Assembly (NCBI GenBank): GCA_963843795.1
Contig: CAWJLW010000010.1
Location: 62,001 to 126,000, forward strand
Origin: an uncultured bacterium
GTDB taxonomy: Bacteria > Armatimonadota > Abditibacteriia > Abditibacteriales > Abditibacteriaceae
DNA: 64,000 nt
Direction: 5' to 3'
A program made the position numbers and the translations under genes. A model generated the notes under the pieces. The model was given only the letters and a program-made list of their open reading frames with translations. It did not search any database and had not been told where the DNA came from. The stretch's first letter is position 1, and each line of letters begins with the position of its first letter. Shown piece by piece: positions 41,258 through 51,224 of the stretch.

Positions 41258-42430
41258 ATGAAAATTGGCATTATTTCTCTGTTGCCGGGCAATGCCTGGG
41301 CGGGCAGCGAAGAATTATGGGCGCAGATGGCCGATGGCGCGCGGCAAGCGGGACACGAAGTCGTGATCTCTGTCCCGCGTCATCGCGTGCTGGCGATTTT
41401 GCCTTATCGTCCTCCGGCGAAAATCGCGGCTCTGGCGCAAAAAGGCGTGCAGGTGCAAACGCGCACGCCCTATTTTCTGCCCGGCGCGCGCGAAATGTCG
41501 TCGTCTCTGCTGCGGCGAGAAATATCGTGGTTGCCACCGCGCGGCACTTATCGTTTCGGCGCGCTGTTCGGGGCCAGACCCGATGTAATTTGCATCAGTC
41601 AGGGTTCGACTTATGATTTCGTGGGCGAAGTCGATTTACAAAAGCGCTTGCTGGCCACCAAAATCCCCTATGTCGTAGTTTGTCAGGCCAACGATGAAGG
41701 CCCAATTGAAAATCGGATTCGCGCCGAAGCCATCGCGTTTTTTCGCAACGCTCATCGCGTGGCGTTCGTGTCGCAGGGCAATTTGAATACGGCGCGCCGC
41801 CAATTGGCCGCGCCCATCGAGAACGGCGTTGTTGTACAAAATCCGGTCAATATGACCGATTTAAGCGCTGTGCCGTGGCCCGATAACGAAACCGCGCAGT
41901 GGGCATGCGTGGGTCGTTTGTTGAACGATAACAAAGGACAGGACATTCTTTTTGAAGCGCTCAGCGACCCAATTTGGCGCGAACGCGCCTGGCAGTTGCG
42001 CTTGTTCGGCAGCGGTGAAGACCAAAGCCATCTGCGCGATTTGAGCGCGTATTACGGTTTCGCCGACCGCATCGAATTCGGCGGCCATGTGCCCGATGTG
42101 CGTGCCATCTGGGCCAAACATCAAATGCTGCTGCTCACTTCACGCAAAGAAGGCACACCGCTGGCCATTCTCGAAGCTTTGCTGTGCGGACGTCCTGTCG
42201 TGACCACCGATGTAGCGGGCAACGCCGAATGGGTCGAAGACGGAATCAATGGTTTTGTCGCACCCGCGCCGACAGCGCCGCTCATCGCACAAACGCTGGA
42301 GCGCGCGTGGCAACGGCGCGACGAGTGGCGCGCAATGGGCGAAACTGCGCATCAAACCAGTGCCGCGCGTTTCAATCCGCACGCGGGGCGAGCGTTGTTT
42401 GAACTGCTCGACGCGGCCAAAAATGCTTAA
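41258..42430 (+). CDS. Glycosyltransferase family 4
   Basis: WAGSE, VGRL...KGQD, SRKEGTPLAILEALLCG. Confidence 0.92.
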   Translation: MKIGIISLLPGNAWAGSEELWAQMADGARQAGHEVVISVPRHRVLAILPYRPPAKIAALAQKGVQVQTRTPYFLPGAREMSSSLLRREISWLPPRGTYRFGALFGARPDVICISQGSTYDFVGEVDLQKRLLATKIPYVVVCQANDEGPIENRIRAEAIAFFRNAHRVAFVSQGNLNTARRQLAAPIENGVVVQNPVNMTDLSAVPWPDNETAQWACVGRLLNDNKGQDILFEALSDPIWRERAWQLRLFGSGEDQSHLRDLSAYYGFADRIEFGGHVPDVRAIWAKHQMLLLTSRKEGTPLAILEALLCGRPVVTTDVAGNAEWVEDGINGFVAPAPTAPLIAQTLERAWQRRDEWRAMGETAHQTSAARFNPHAGRALFELLDAAKNA

Positions 42431-42482
42431 ACGTGTTAAAAAACGTGCCTGAAAACGGTGCAAGTACTTGCAAGGAACTTTG

Positions 42483-43490
42483 ATGCTCGAAGACAAGTTA
42501 GCCATCAATCTCATCACTTATAATCGCGCTGCCGCTTTGGATCGCACGTTGACAGAATTGCGCGCCAGTCCTTTTGCCCACTGTCGAATCACAATTTTAG
42601 ATAACTGTTCGACTGATGAAACGCCTGCGATTTGCGCCCGGCATCAGGCCAATTTTCCCGATTTGCACATCGTGCGTCATCCAAAAAACATTGGTTTGTC
42701 GGCCAATTATCTGCGCGCCGTCGAAATTTCCGACGCGCTTTATACGTGGGTTTTGTGCGACGACGACAGTTACGATTGGAGCGCGTGCGATGATGTGATC
42801 GAGCAAATCGAGGCCGCGACTTTCGATTGGATTTGCGTTGGTGCGCCTCATCAGAAGGAGTGGGAGCGCGGTTTAAAAACCACAACGCAAGAATTGTGGA
42901 AGCGGGGCAACCTGTTTTTCATCGTTCACACGTTCGTGCCGAGCCTGATTTTCAAGACCGCGCTTTTCGATTCCGCCTGTATGTTCGAGGGCTATAAAAA
43001 CGCCATCAATCTTTATCCACATGTGCCATTTTTGATTAAAGCCTTGGAAAATAATTTTTCCGAATACGTTTCTAAGCGCCCCGTCGTGCATCGCGAAATT
43101 GAATACAACGCTTACAGCGGATTAGATTTCATGCTGATGTTTTACAATAGTTGCGCCATCATTCCCGATGCGCACACGCGCCGCATGGCAATTTATGGCG
43201 GCACTAAAGCTCCGCGCGCCGCATGGCTGCGCGACATGGCGACAAGTTTTCTTTACGGCAAACTCGCCACACCAGCCAAAGCCGCGCTTGTACCGCAGCA
43301 ATACAGCGCGATGCTGCGCAACTGCGTTGGAGAACAACGCAATCGCTTGCTTTTGCTGGCTCCGCTGGTCGCCGTGCCCGCGCCGATTTATCGCGGCCTG
43401 CAAAAAGTGTGGCACAAATTGAAATCCGACTCGCTTCTCGCGTCCGAAAGCACCAACTCATCATCGCCCGCCGAGCAATTTCGCAGTTAA
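42483..43490 (+). CDS. Glycosyltransferase family 2 (possible dideoxyhexosyl transferase)
   Basis: TYNR, LDNCSTD, NIGLSAN, WVLCDDD. Confidence 0.85.
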   Translation: MLEDKLAINLITYNRAAALDRTLTELRASPFAHCRITILDNCSTDETPAICARHQANFPDLHIVRHPKNIGLSANYLRAVEISDALYTWVLCDDDSYDWSACDDVIEQIEAATFDWICVGAPHQKEWERGLKTTTQELWKRGNLFFIVHTFVPSLIFKTALFDSACMFEGYKNAINLYPHVPFLIKALENNFSEYVSKRPVVHREIEYNAYSGLDFMLMFYNSCAIIPDAHTRRMAIYGGTKAPRAAWLRDMATSFLYGKLATPAKAALVPQQYSAMLRNCVGEQRNRLLLLAPLVAVPAPIYRGLQKVWHKLKSDSLLASESTNSSSPAEQFRS

Positions 43491-43502
43491 AAATTTTCCT
43501 TC

Positions 43503-44426
43503 ATGAGTCATCCAAGCCATCACGTTTGCGCTATTGTCGTCACGTTCAACCGCAGCCAATTGTTGGGCCGCTGTTTGCGCGCGCTGCAAAAGCAGTTAGC
43601 GGACACAGATATTTTGGTCATCAATAATGCCAGCAGCGACGACACATTAGAAGTTTTGGCGCGCGACTTTCCCGAAATTCAACAGTTGAATTTGCCGAAT
43701 AACGTTGGCGGCGCGGGCGGTTTTGAAGCGGGCATGCGCTACGCTTACGAAGCGGGCTACAAATACTTGTGGCTAATGGACGACGATGGTGTGCCGGAAT
43801 CCAATTGCTTGCGCGAATTGTTGCAACACGCCACACCGCAACGCGTGACGGTTCCGGTTCAACAAGACGGCCAGCAATTTTATGGCGCGGTCATCGGCTG
43901 GAACAATCGGCGCGACGTGACGCCGGAAATTGTCGCAGCGGAAAAACCGGTTACCGGAAAATTCACTTTCGCTTTCGTTGGCCCGCTGATCGGACGCGAA
44001 GTCGTCGAACGTGTGGGCTTCCCGCGCGGCGACTTTTTCATCTGGTTCGATGACTTTGAATACGCGCTGCGCCTTCATCGCCACCAAGATTTACAAATCG
44101 TCATCGTGCCCCAAGCGCGCTTTTTCCACGACATTTACCACGAAATTCGCCAGGTCAAACGCTTCGGTCGCACCAGCGAACGCGCCACGCAAGCCGCGTG
44201 GAAAACCTATTACGGCACGCGCAACAGCTTTCTAGTCGCTCGCAATGGCTTCGGTTCCAAGCGCAACCGCGGCCATTTTAGGAACTTCGTTTTGCCTTTC
44301 TTGCGCGCCCAAATTCGCTTGTTAATCGGCGATGTTTTTTATGAACCCGATGGCCGCGAACGAGCAAGTTTGCGTTTGCGCGGTTTGCGCGATGGCTGGC
44401 GTGAAAAGATGGGCAAAAATCATTGA
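43503..44426 (+). CDS. Glycosyltransferase family 2
   Basis: VVTFNR, NNASSDDT, NVGGAGGF, WLMDDD, FFIWFDD, YYGTRN. Confidence 0.9.
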   Translation: MSHPSHHVCAIVVTFNRSQLLGRCLRALQKQLADTDILVINNASSDDTLEVLARDFPEIQQLNLPNNVGGAGGFEAGMRYAYEAGYKYLWLMDDDGVPESNCLRELLQHATPQRVTVPVQQDGQQFYGAVIGWNNRRDVTPEIVAAEKPVTGKFTFAFVGPLIGREVVERVGFPRGDFFIWFDDFEYALRLHRHQDLQIVIVPQARFFHDIYHEIRQVKRFGRTSERATQAAWKTYYGTRNSFLVARNGFGSKRNRGHFRNFVLPFLRAQIRLLIGDVFYEPDGRERASLRLRGLRDGWREKMGKNH

Positions 44427-44438
44427 GATTGCTGACGT

Positions 44439-44470
44439 AAGCGCGCTGCAAGTACTTGCAGCGCGCTTTT
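44439..44470 (+). terminator. 30-bp palindrome plus T-tract closing the polysaccharide locus
   Basis: AAGCGCGCTGCAAGT|ACTTGCAGCGCGCTT followed by T-run. Confidence 0.75.
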
Positions 44471-44760
44471 TCGGTTTGGTTTATCAGATAATTATTGACT
44501 TTGGAAATTTTTTCGTGCTTAAATTCAAGATTTTTGAAAAAATTTCCTAAAAATCACTTGCTTTTTAAACTCATTTCACTTATCGTAAGGCCATACCTAA
44601 TTGCAGTTGCCAATTTAACCTTATCAATTTGGTTTTTCATTCGCCATCATTCTCTTTTCGCCGTACATTTTCGTTTGTGGGAGACCTTGCATGATTAGAT
44701 TGCTCGAGTCACACGCAGGAAAAGTCACGAAAGTCGGAGACGTTTGCAGCACGCCCTTTA

Positions 44761-46359
44761 TTGACAGGAAAAATAAGGGGGGGGGGCACAAAGACAATCG
44801 AGCGTCGGACACTGAGCGCGCTGGTGTTGGGCGCGACAGTTGGTGCTGCGGTGCTGGGAAGCGCGCCGATGGCGCGGGCCGGTGATTGGGTGGCCAGCAC
44901 ACCGAGCTATTCCGGCACTACGACCAGAGTAGAACCGCCAAATGTAAATACTACTTTGCCGTGGAGTACGTATATGATGAACGGGAGCATGGCAGCAGTG
45001 CAGCCAAATGGATATAGTGGCTTGGCTGAGCAGAAAGGGACCGTGAGTCAGCTTTGGACTTACCACCCAACCAGTTCTACAGACCTTCCACCCGAGACTC
45101 TGACGCTCAAGATCACGACAGTTGCTACTGCCGAGGCCGACAGTGCTTCGGATCCCGGTTATTCATCTTATCGGGACATCAGTAAGCAAAAAGTGACGGC
45201 CTCTGCAATGGGCCACGACGCGGTGCCTCACTATACTGATATATACAGCATTGGTACTGCCGAGGCTGGCGGTGTAAGGCTCAAAACATTTCCAGTCGAT
45301 TCTAATGGCCGAGTCTTAGTGAGTTTTCCGCTTTCAGCACGGGCTGAATTGACAGGGTTTCGTTCCTACGGCTTTTACTATAGTACACCTCTAAAAGGCT
45401 ATGCTAAAGCAGCCGTCAATTATTCTGCTGCGAGGGACGACAGAGATGTGCGCTTGTCACGTCCTTATGCCGATCACGACGACGAAACTTACGACCAAAA
45501 CAGCAATACGACAACAGGCAACACAACGTTTTCATATGATGTAAAACAACATCCATCGGTCACTGAACACGTACCTAATCTGCAAACTTTCAGTTCTGCG
45601 GTAACAGGTACTTGGCCGACGACTGCAAACGGTTTGTACAATCTAACGTATACATGGAATCCCGCTGATTCTACCAACGACACATGGACTATGCACGAGC
45701 AAATCATGCCCTACGGTGACCGCTTTGTAGATTTGAATGGACGCTGGGCCGGTTCTGCTTCACCCTCTCAAAGCATTACCATCACTTACACAGCTAAATC
45801 AGGGGTAGATAACGCCACTGCAACAGCTCGTTACATTTTGAATCTGCACGACGAATGGGACAATTGGCGAGAAGACTCTGCCCATCCCATTGATCGCCAA
45901 ACTCGCTTGCTGCCCTCACCGCCGACACGAGCCGATTGGGTTGGTGGCCCCGATGCAGACCAGACGGCGACTTGGTCACAAGGTCGCGATGTGGGTTTTG
46001 AAATCAGTGTCGGAGTGAGCGGTCAATTTACACTCGGAGACTTCGCGCAATTCGGTATAGATGTGACCGGAACTCATACGGAAACTATTACCAGCGAGAT
46101 GGGTCTCGAAACAACTGCGCCCGCTGGCAAGATGGTGTTTCGTGCCATTGACCAATCGTGGCTGCGCCGTCACTACCTTGTTGACCATTATATGCCCCCA
46201 GGACGGGACAAGAACGCGGCACGCACAGACGGCGCTTGGGAACAGGAATGGGATGACCTCAGCACCCTTTCTAACCGCCGCACGTTCTCGCCACTTTACA
46301 ACTTCGGCGATTACAATCTGGACGGGCAAGTAAATAATCTTGACGATGGGGTGAACTGA
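44761..46359 (+). CDS. Hypothetical secreted beta-rich protein; probable true start ATG 44691 across a G10 tract
   Basis: 532-codon ORF; signal peptide ending ARA; Ser/Thr-rich beta character; codon usage looks less GC3-biased than neighbours (visual). Confidence 0.75.
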   Translation: MTGKIRGGGTKTIERRTLSALVLGATVGAAVLGSAPMARAGDWVASTPSYSGTTTRVEPPNVNTTLPWSTYMMNGSMAAVQPNGYSGLAEQKGTVSQLWTYHPTSSTDLPPETLTLKITTVATAEADSASDPGYSSYRDISKQKVTASAMGHDAVPHYTDIYSIGTAEAGGVRLKTFPVDSNGRVLVSFPLSARAELTGFRSYGFYYSTPLKGYAKAAVNYSAARDDRDVRLSRPYADHDDETYDQNSNTTTGNTTFSYDVKQHPSVTEHVPNLQTFSSAVTGTWPTTANGLYNLTYTWNPADSTNDTWTMHEQIMPYGDRFVDLNGRWAGSASPSQSITITYTAKSGVDNATATARYILNLHDEWDNWREDSAHPIDRQTRLLPSPPTRADWVGGPDADQTATWSQGRDVGFEISVGVSGQFTLGDFAQFGIDVTGTHTETITSEMGLETTAPAGKMVFRAIDQSWLRRHYLVDHYMPPGRDKNAARTDGAWEQEWDDLSTLSNRRTFSPLYNFGDYNLDGQVNNLDDGVN

Positions 46360-46360
46360 T

Positions 46361-47185
46361 ATGAGAAAAACGCTATTTACGATAGCGGCGCTTGTATGGT
46401 TCGCTTTCTCTTGCGCCGCTCAAACGAACTCCGATTGGAATCCGCAATGGGATCCCGATTACGCTCCAATTACCCAGCAAAGCATGGTTTCAACTATACA
46501 GCGCAACAGCCAAAACGCTGCGGTTCTGGTCAAAATGATCCAGAAAGCGATGGCGTTTAAGTACGGCGATGTCGCATATGAAACGCTCGACAAAATGCGT
46601 CAACAACATCCCAACAGCCCCGATACTTTGGCCGCGTTCTGCTGGGCTTACGAACTACAACTCGGTAACGCCTATATGAAAGGCGGCGATTATCATACCC
46701 GAACTGCCAAAGAAGACAGGGTTTTCAAAGATACACTGGCACGGGCCAAAAAATTGGCGCCCGATCATTGGCTGGTCAACTTTGTATCCGGCTATCGCGC
46801 CTATGCCAAAGGTGTTGAAGACTTCGACAAAGCACTACCCTTGCTCGAGCGTACTACGGGATTGGCGCCCGACGATAAGTATGTGCGCGCTTACTGTTGG
46901 TCATTCTACGGGGCTGCTTCCAACCTTGCGGCAATGAGAAAGTATGTTTACAAGGATGAACTGGTCACTTTCCAAAAATCGGTTCAAGTCTTAGAAAAAG
47001 CAGGCAAAATTGATCCGCGCTCAACAGCGGTCTGGCTCACACTTTTCAGTATTTACAATACTGATCTGAAAGACAGAGAGAATGCTTTGCGCGCAAAACG
47101 TGCTTTCTTGAAGGCTTTACCAACAGAGCGACGCGGTAAATTGGCGAAATGGATCAAAACTATGTTTGCCAAATATCCAAGTTAG
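46361..47185 (+). CDS. Secreted TPR-like alpha-helical protein
   Basis: Signal peptide MRKTLFTIAALVWFAFSCAA; TPR-like ends AKKLAPD, TGLAPD, GKIDPR; starts 2 nt after the upstream stop. Confidence 0.75.
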   Translation: MRKTLFTIAALVWFAFSCAAQTNSDWNPQWDPDYAPITQQSMVSTIQRNSQNAAVLVKMIQKAMAFKYGDVAYETLDKMRQQHPNSPDTLAAFCWAYELQLGNAYMKGGDYHTRTAKEDRVFKDTLARAKKLAPDHWLVNFVSGYRAYAKGVEDFDKALPLLERTTGLAPDDKYVRAYCWSFYGAASNLAAMRKYVYKDELVTFQKSVQVLEKAGKIDPRSTAVWLTLFSIYNTDLKDRENALRAKRAFLKALPTERRGKLAKWIKTMFAKYPS

Positions 47186-47199
47186 AAAATGTAACAATC

Positions 47200-47233
47200 A
47201 AAAACCGCCGGAGCAAATGCTCCGGCGGTTTTT
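47200..47233 (+). terminator. Intrinsic terminator
   Basis: AAAAACCGCCGGAGCA-AA-TGCTCCGGCGGTTTTT. Confidence 0.88.
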
Positions 47234-47402
47234 GTTTTTGCTGTTGCAAGTACTTGCAGCGCGCTTTGGTGGTTTTTCTGGCTTGGTGAAGAGAATTTCG
47301 GGGTTTGAAACGCGCTGATATGGGGCAAGTACTTGCCATACAAAGGAAAGTAATTTGCAGCGCGCCCTTGTCAGGCTCGTCTTTTCCGGTCAAGGTGTAA
47401 AT

Positions 47403-49967
47403 ATGGAATCGTCTTTTATGGATTCGTCATTGAGTTCCCCGGAACGTTCGCTGCAATTTGGTGATAACGAGAATAGTGACGCCAACAGCGACGCACAGTA
47501 CGAAAATAGCGCGCCCATCAGCGATGCCGAAGTTTCTGCGGCCGGCGAATTTCTGCCGGATGAAGCGTTTTCTGAGGATCAAATTCTCAGCGCCTCGCCG
47601 CTGCGGGAATTACCGCCCTTGGGCGCGCTGCCGACCACCGAAAGCGGGCCGCGCCTGAGCGATTCCGAACTCGACGCGCGCGCCAAAGTGCGCGCTTTGG
47701 CCGAGCGCACGCGCAACTTGCGTCCCACAACCGATGCCGATTTATTGGCGCGCGCTTCGGCGTTTGCTTCGGAACAACATGAAGGCCAAAAGCGGCGCAC
47801 CGGCGAAGCCTACATCGAACATCCAATTGCCGTTGCGGGCATTTTGGCCGAACTGGGCATGGACGATGTGACTATCGCTGCGGGCTTGTTGCACGATGTG
47901 CCCGAAGATTGCGGCGTCACGATGCGAAGAAATGACCGAGCGCTTCGGGCCGGAAGTGGCGCAATTAGTCGATGGCGTCACCAAGCTCAAGAAAATCGAA
48001 TTTTCGACGCAAGGAAGAAAAACAGGCCGAAAATCTGCGCAAACTGTTTCTGGCGATGGCGGGCGATGTGCGCGTGATTATCATCAAGCTCGCCGACCGC
48101 TTGCACAATATGCGCACGCTCGACCCGTTTCCCGAAAAGCGCAAGCGCGAAATCGCGGCGGAAACTTTGTATATTTTCGCGCCCATCGCCCATCGTCTGG
48201 GCATCTGGCGCGTGAAATGGGAATTGGAAGATCGTTCGTTCAAATATCCTCGAACCCGAAATTTACAAGCAGATTTACTCCAAAGTGCAGAAAACGCGCA
48301 GCTGAGCGTTCGCAACTGGTGCAAAACGCGATGCGCGACTTGCGCGCGCGCTTGCAAAGCGAAGGCATTGTCGGCCGAAGTGAACGGTCGCCCCAAGCAT
48401 TTTTACTCGATTTACCAGAAAATGCTCAAGCAGGGTTTGCAGTTCGATGCCATTCACGATCTCATCGCGCTGCGCGTGATGTGCAATTCGGTCGGCGATT
48501 GTTATCACGCGCTGGGCGTTGTGCATTCGCTGTGGCGACCGGTGCCGGAAATGTTTTTCGATTATATCGCCAAGCCCAAGCCCAACAATTATCAATCGCT
48601 GCACACCAAAGTTTTGGGACCGGGCGGCGACCTGATCGAAGTGCAGATTCGCACGCGCGAAATGCATCGCGAGGCCGAATTTGGCATCGCGGCGCACTGG
48701 CGCTACAAAGAAGGCGACCAACCGCGTCAAGATTTCGGCGACAAATTGCGCTGGCTGCGTTTGGTTTTGGAAATGCAGTCGGACACCAAAGACGATGCAC
48801 AATCGTTTTTGGATTCGCTCAAACTCGACTTATCCGAAGATCAGGTTTTCGCGTTCACGCCGCGCGGCGACGTGATTTATCTGCCGCAAGGCTCGACGCC
48901 AGTCGATTTCGCGTATCGCGTGCATTCGGAAGTTGGCAATAATTGCGTGGGCGCGAAAGTGAACGGGCGCATCGTGCCGCTTGAACTACAAACTGCACAA
49001 CGGCGATATTTGCGAAATTCTCACCAGTCGCAATACCAAAGGCCCCAAGCGCGGCTGGCTCGATTTCGTGGTCACGCACCACGCCAAAAATCGCATCAAA
49101 AGCGCTCTGAAACGCCATGATTTCGAGGACAATTATCGCGAAGGCTTGGGGCGTCTGGAAAAAGCCGCGCAAGTCGAACGATTGAAACTGGGCGCGATTG
49201 CGACCAACGAAATGCTGCTGCGCGTGGCGAAAAACCTCAAGTTTCGCGATATTCCCGATATGCTGGCCGCCGTAGGTTATGGCGAACATTCTGCCGAACA
49301 CATTTTGCGTCTGGTGCGCAGCGAACTGGGTCGCGACCGCGAAAAAACCCGCTTGCATTCGGGCGAAGGCGAACTTTCGAGCGCTGCCGATGCTTTGTTA
49401 CATCGCCGAATGCCGCTGCAAAACAACAATTCAAACAATTCACCAAACGGCGAGCACAGCGAGCTATTAGAAAGCGCTTCGCCCTTGGAACGTGGCACAT
49501 TGCAATTAAGCTATCCAGCGCGCGATGGCGAAGAAGCTTCTAGCGTGACGGGCAATTTTCTTTATGGTCTGGCCAAATGTTGCGCGCCCATTCCGGGCGA
49601 TGAAGTGCGCGGCTACATCACGCGTGGGCGCGGCGTAACTGTGCATCGCGTCGATTGTTCGAACCTGAAAAACTCCGAAGAACGCGAGCCAGATCGCATT
49701 TTAGATGCGGCCTGGACGCCCGAACCACAACGCGCTTTTCAAGCTCTCATCGCCGTCGAGTCGACCGACCGCACCGGATTATTGTTCGATGTCTCGGCCA
49801 TCTTTGCCGAACGCCGCGTTAATATCTCCGGCATTAACACGTATCCGCTCAAGAACAATCGCGCGCGCCTAAACTTGGCCGCAACGGTGCGCGATGCCGA
49901 TGAGCTCACCGATTTGATGCACGCCCTGCGCGGCATTGTCGGAGTTTGCGATGTGCATCGCGTGTGA
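47403..49967 (+). pseudogene. relA: Long RSH (p)ppGpp synthetase/hydrolase broken by about six +1 frameshifts (probably assembly errors)
   Basis: HD (GEAYIEHP...LLHDVPED), IKLADRLHNMRTL, synthetase (RPKH, YQSLHT, EVQIRT), TGS (TPVDFAY), ZFD (AKCCAPIPGD) and ACT domains are spread over four overlapping ORFs. Confidence 0.9.
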
Positions 49968-49969
49968 AA

Positions 49970-50033
49970 TAAACCCGTAAAAGCGCACGGCAAGTACTTG
50001 CACGAGTACTTGCCGTGCGCTTTTACGGGTTTA
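49970..50033. terminator. Hairpin with 29-bp arms and a duplicated palindrome core, between convergent genes
   Basis: TAAACCCGTAAAAGCGCACGGCAAGTACT-TGCACG-AGTACTTGCCGTGCGCTTTTACGGGTTTA. Confidence 0.85.
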
Positions 50034-50624
50034 AGGCTGATAATGCTCCAGCAGAATCAAACTCCAAATTTGTGGTCCCGCGATGCCATCGACTTCGGCG
50101 CGCTTCTCGAACCAATTCGCTTGTTCCTGCGCGATGCGAAGCGCTTTTTCGGTTTGCGCACCGAAAATGCCATCGACCGGTAAGTCGGGCGTCAGAAATT
50201 GTGCTTCGTGTCCGGTGGTTTGGCGCAGCATAATTTGCAGGGCGCGCACTGCATCACCGCGATCACCTTTTTTCAAACGCAGCAGTAAAGTGGGCCACGT
50301 TTGCGCACCAACGATGCCATCGACTTTCAATTTGTTGGCGCGTTGAAAGGCACGCGCCGCCTGAGCCGTTGAGGAGCCGAAAATCCCATCGGGCTGCGAT
50401 TTGTAAAAGCCGCGATTGCGCAGCAGAAATTGAATCGCTTTAACTTGCGGCACTGAAGTTTTAGTTTTGACCTGATGATAAGCTGGCCAGTGTAATTTTC
50501 TGGCTTCAGTCGACGTAATACGGCGCGAATGATTAGCGGGCTGCGCAGATGAACTCTGGAGTACAGCCGCCAAAACGCTTAAACTTGCAGCGAACAAACC
50601 CAACTGAACAACCAATCTTTTCAT
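50031..50624 (-). CDS. Secreted protein with two peptidoglycan-binding (PG_binding_1) domains
   Basis: Signal peptide; DGIFG...FQ...LKVDGIVGAQTW and VDGIFG...VDGIAGPQIW; AGGAGGAG site. Confidence 0.9.
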   Translation of the reverse strand: MKRLVVQLGLFAASLSVLAAVLQSSSAQPANHSRRITSTEARKLHWPAYHQVKTKTSVPQVKAIQFLLRNRGFYKSQPDGIFGSSTAQAARAFQRANKLKVDGIVGAQTWPTLLLRLKKGDRGDAVRALQIMLRQTTGHEAQFLTPDLPVDGIFGAQTEKALRIAQEQANWFEKRAEVDGIAGPQIWSLILLEHYQP

Positions 50625-50714
50625 ATTCTCCTCCTATTTTCCCGTGCTTTTGCATTGCATTATGTCACATGCTCAGCAAGTCGCAGCGACCCGTTTCAAA
50701 AGCGAATGAAAATT

Positions 50715-51167
50715 ATGACAACTCCAACTTTAGAAGACGCGATTATTCTAGCCGCCAAAAAACATCGTCGCAGCGCACCCGATAAAGCCGGTGCGCCCTA
50801 CATTTTGCACCCTTTGCGCGTGATGCATAATCTGGGATCAAATGCGACTGAAGAGGAACGCATCGTCGCCGTTTTGCACGATGTGATTGAAGATTGTGAG
50901 GTGTCGTTCAGTGATTTGCGCAAGATGGGTTACAGCGAAACCATTATCGCAGCGCTTGATGGCGTCACCAAGCGCCCGGAAGAATTCGACGATTATCAAG
51001 CATTTGTGCGGCGCGCGGCGCAGAACCCAATTGCGCGCCGTGTCAAACGCGCCGATCTGACGGACAACATGGATGAAACGCGCATCCCGGAACCAAACGA
51101 AAAAGATAAGGAGCGCATGAAAAAATATCAGCGTGCAGCGGATTATCTGGATGCGCTGAATCAATAA
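50715..51167 (+). CDS. Standalone HD-domain protein, small alarmone hydrolase (Mesh1-like)
   Basis: DKAGAPYILHPLRV, AVLHDVIED, VKRADLTDN. Confidence 0.8.
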   Translation: MTTPTLEDAIILAAKKHRRSAPDKAGAPYILHPLRVMHNLGSNATEEERIVAVLHDVIEDCEVSFSDLRKMGYSETIIAALDGVTKRPEEFDDYQAFVRRAAQNPIARRVKRADLTDNMDETRIPEPNEKDKERMKKYQRAADYLDALNQ

Positions 51168-51224
51168 ACCAAAAGTGGGCTGCAAGTACTTGCAAGAAAC
51201 TTATTTTAAACAAGGACGCTTAAA

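Noticed and set aside
44470..47244. Prophage, IS or integron call for the cassette
   Set aside because: No integrase, transposase, phage genes or attC-like structure seen.
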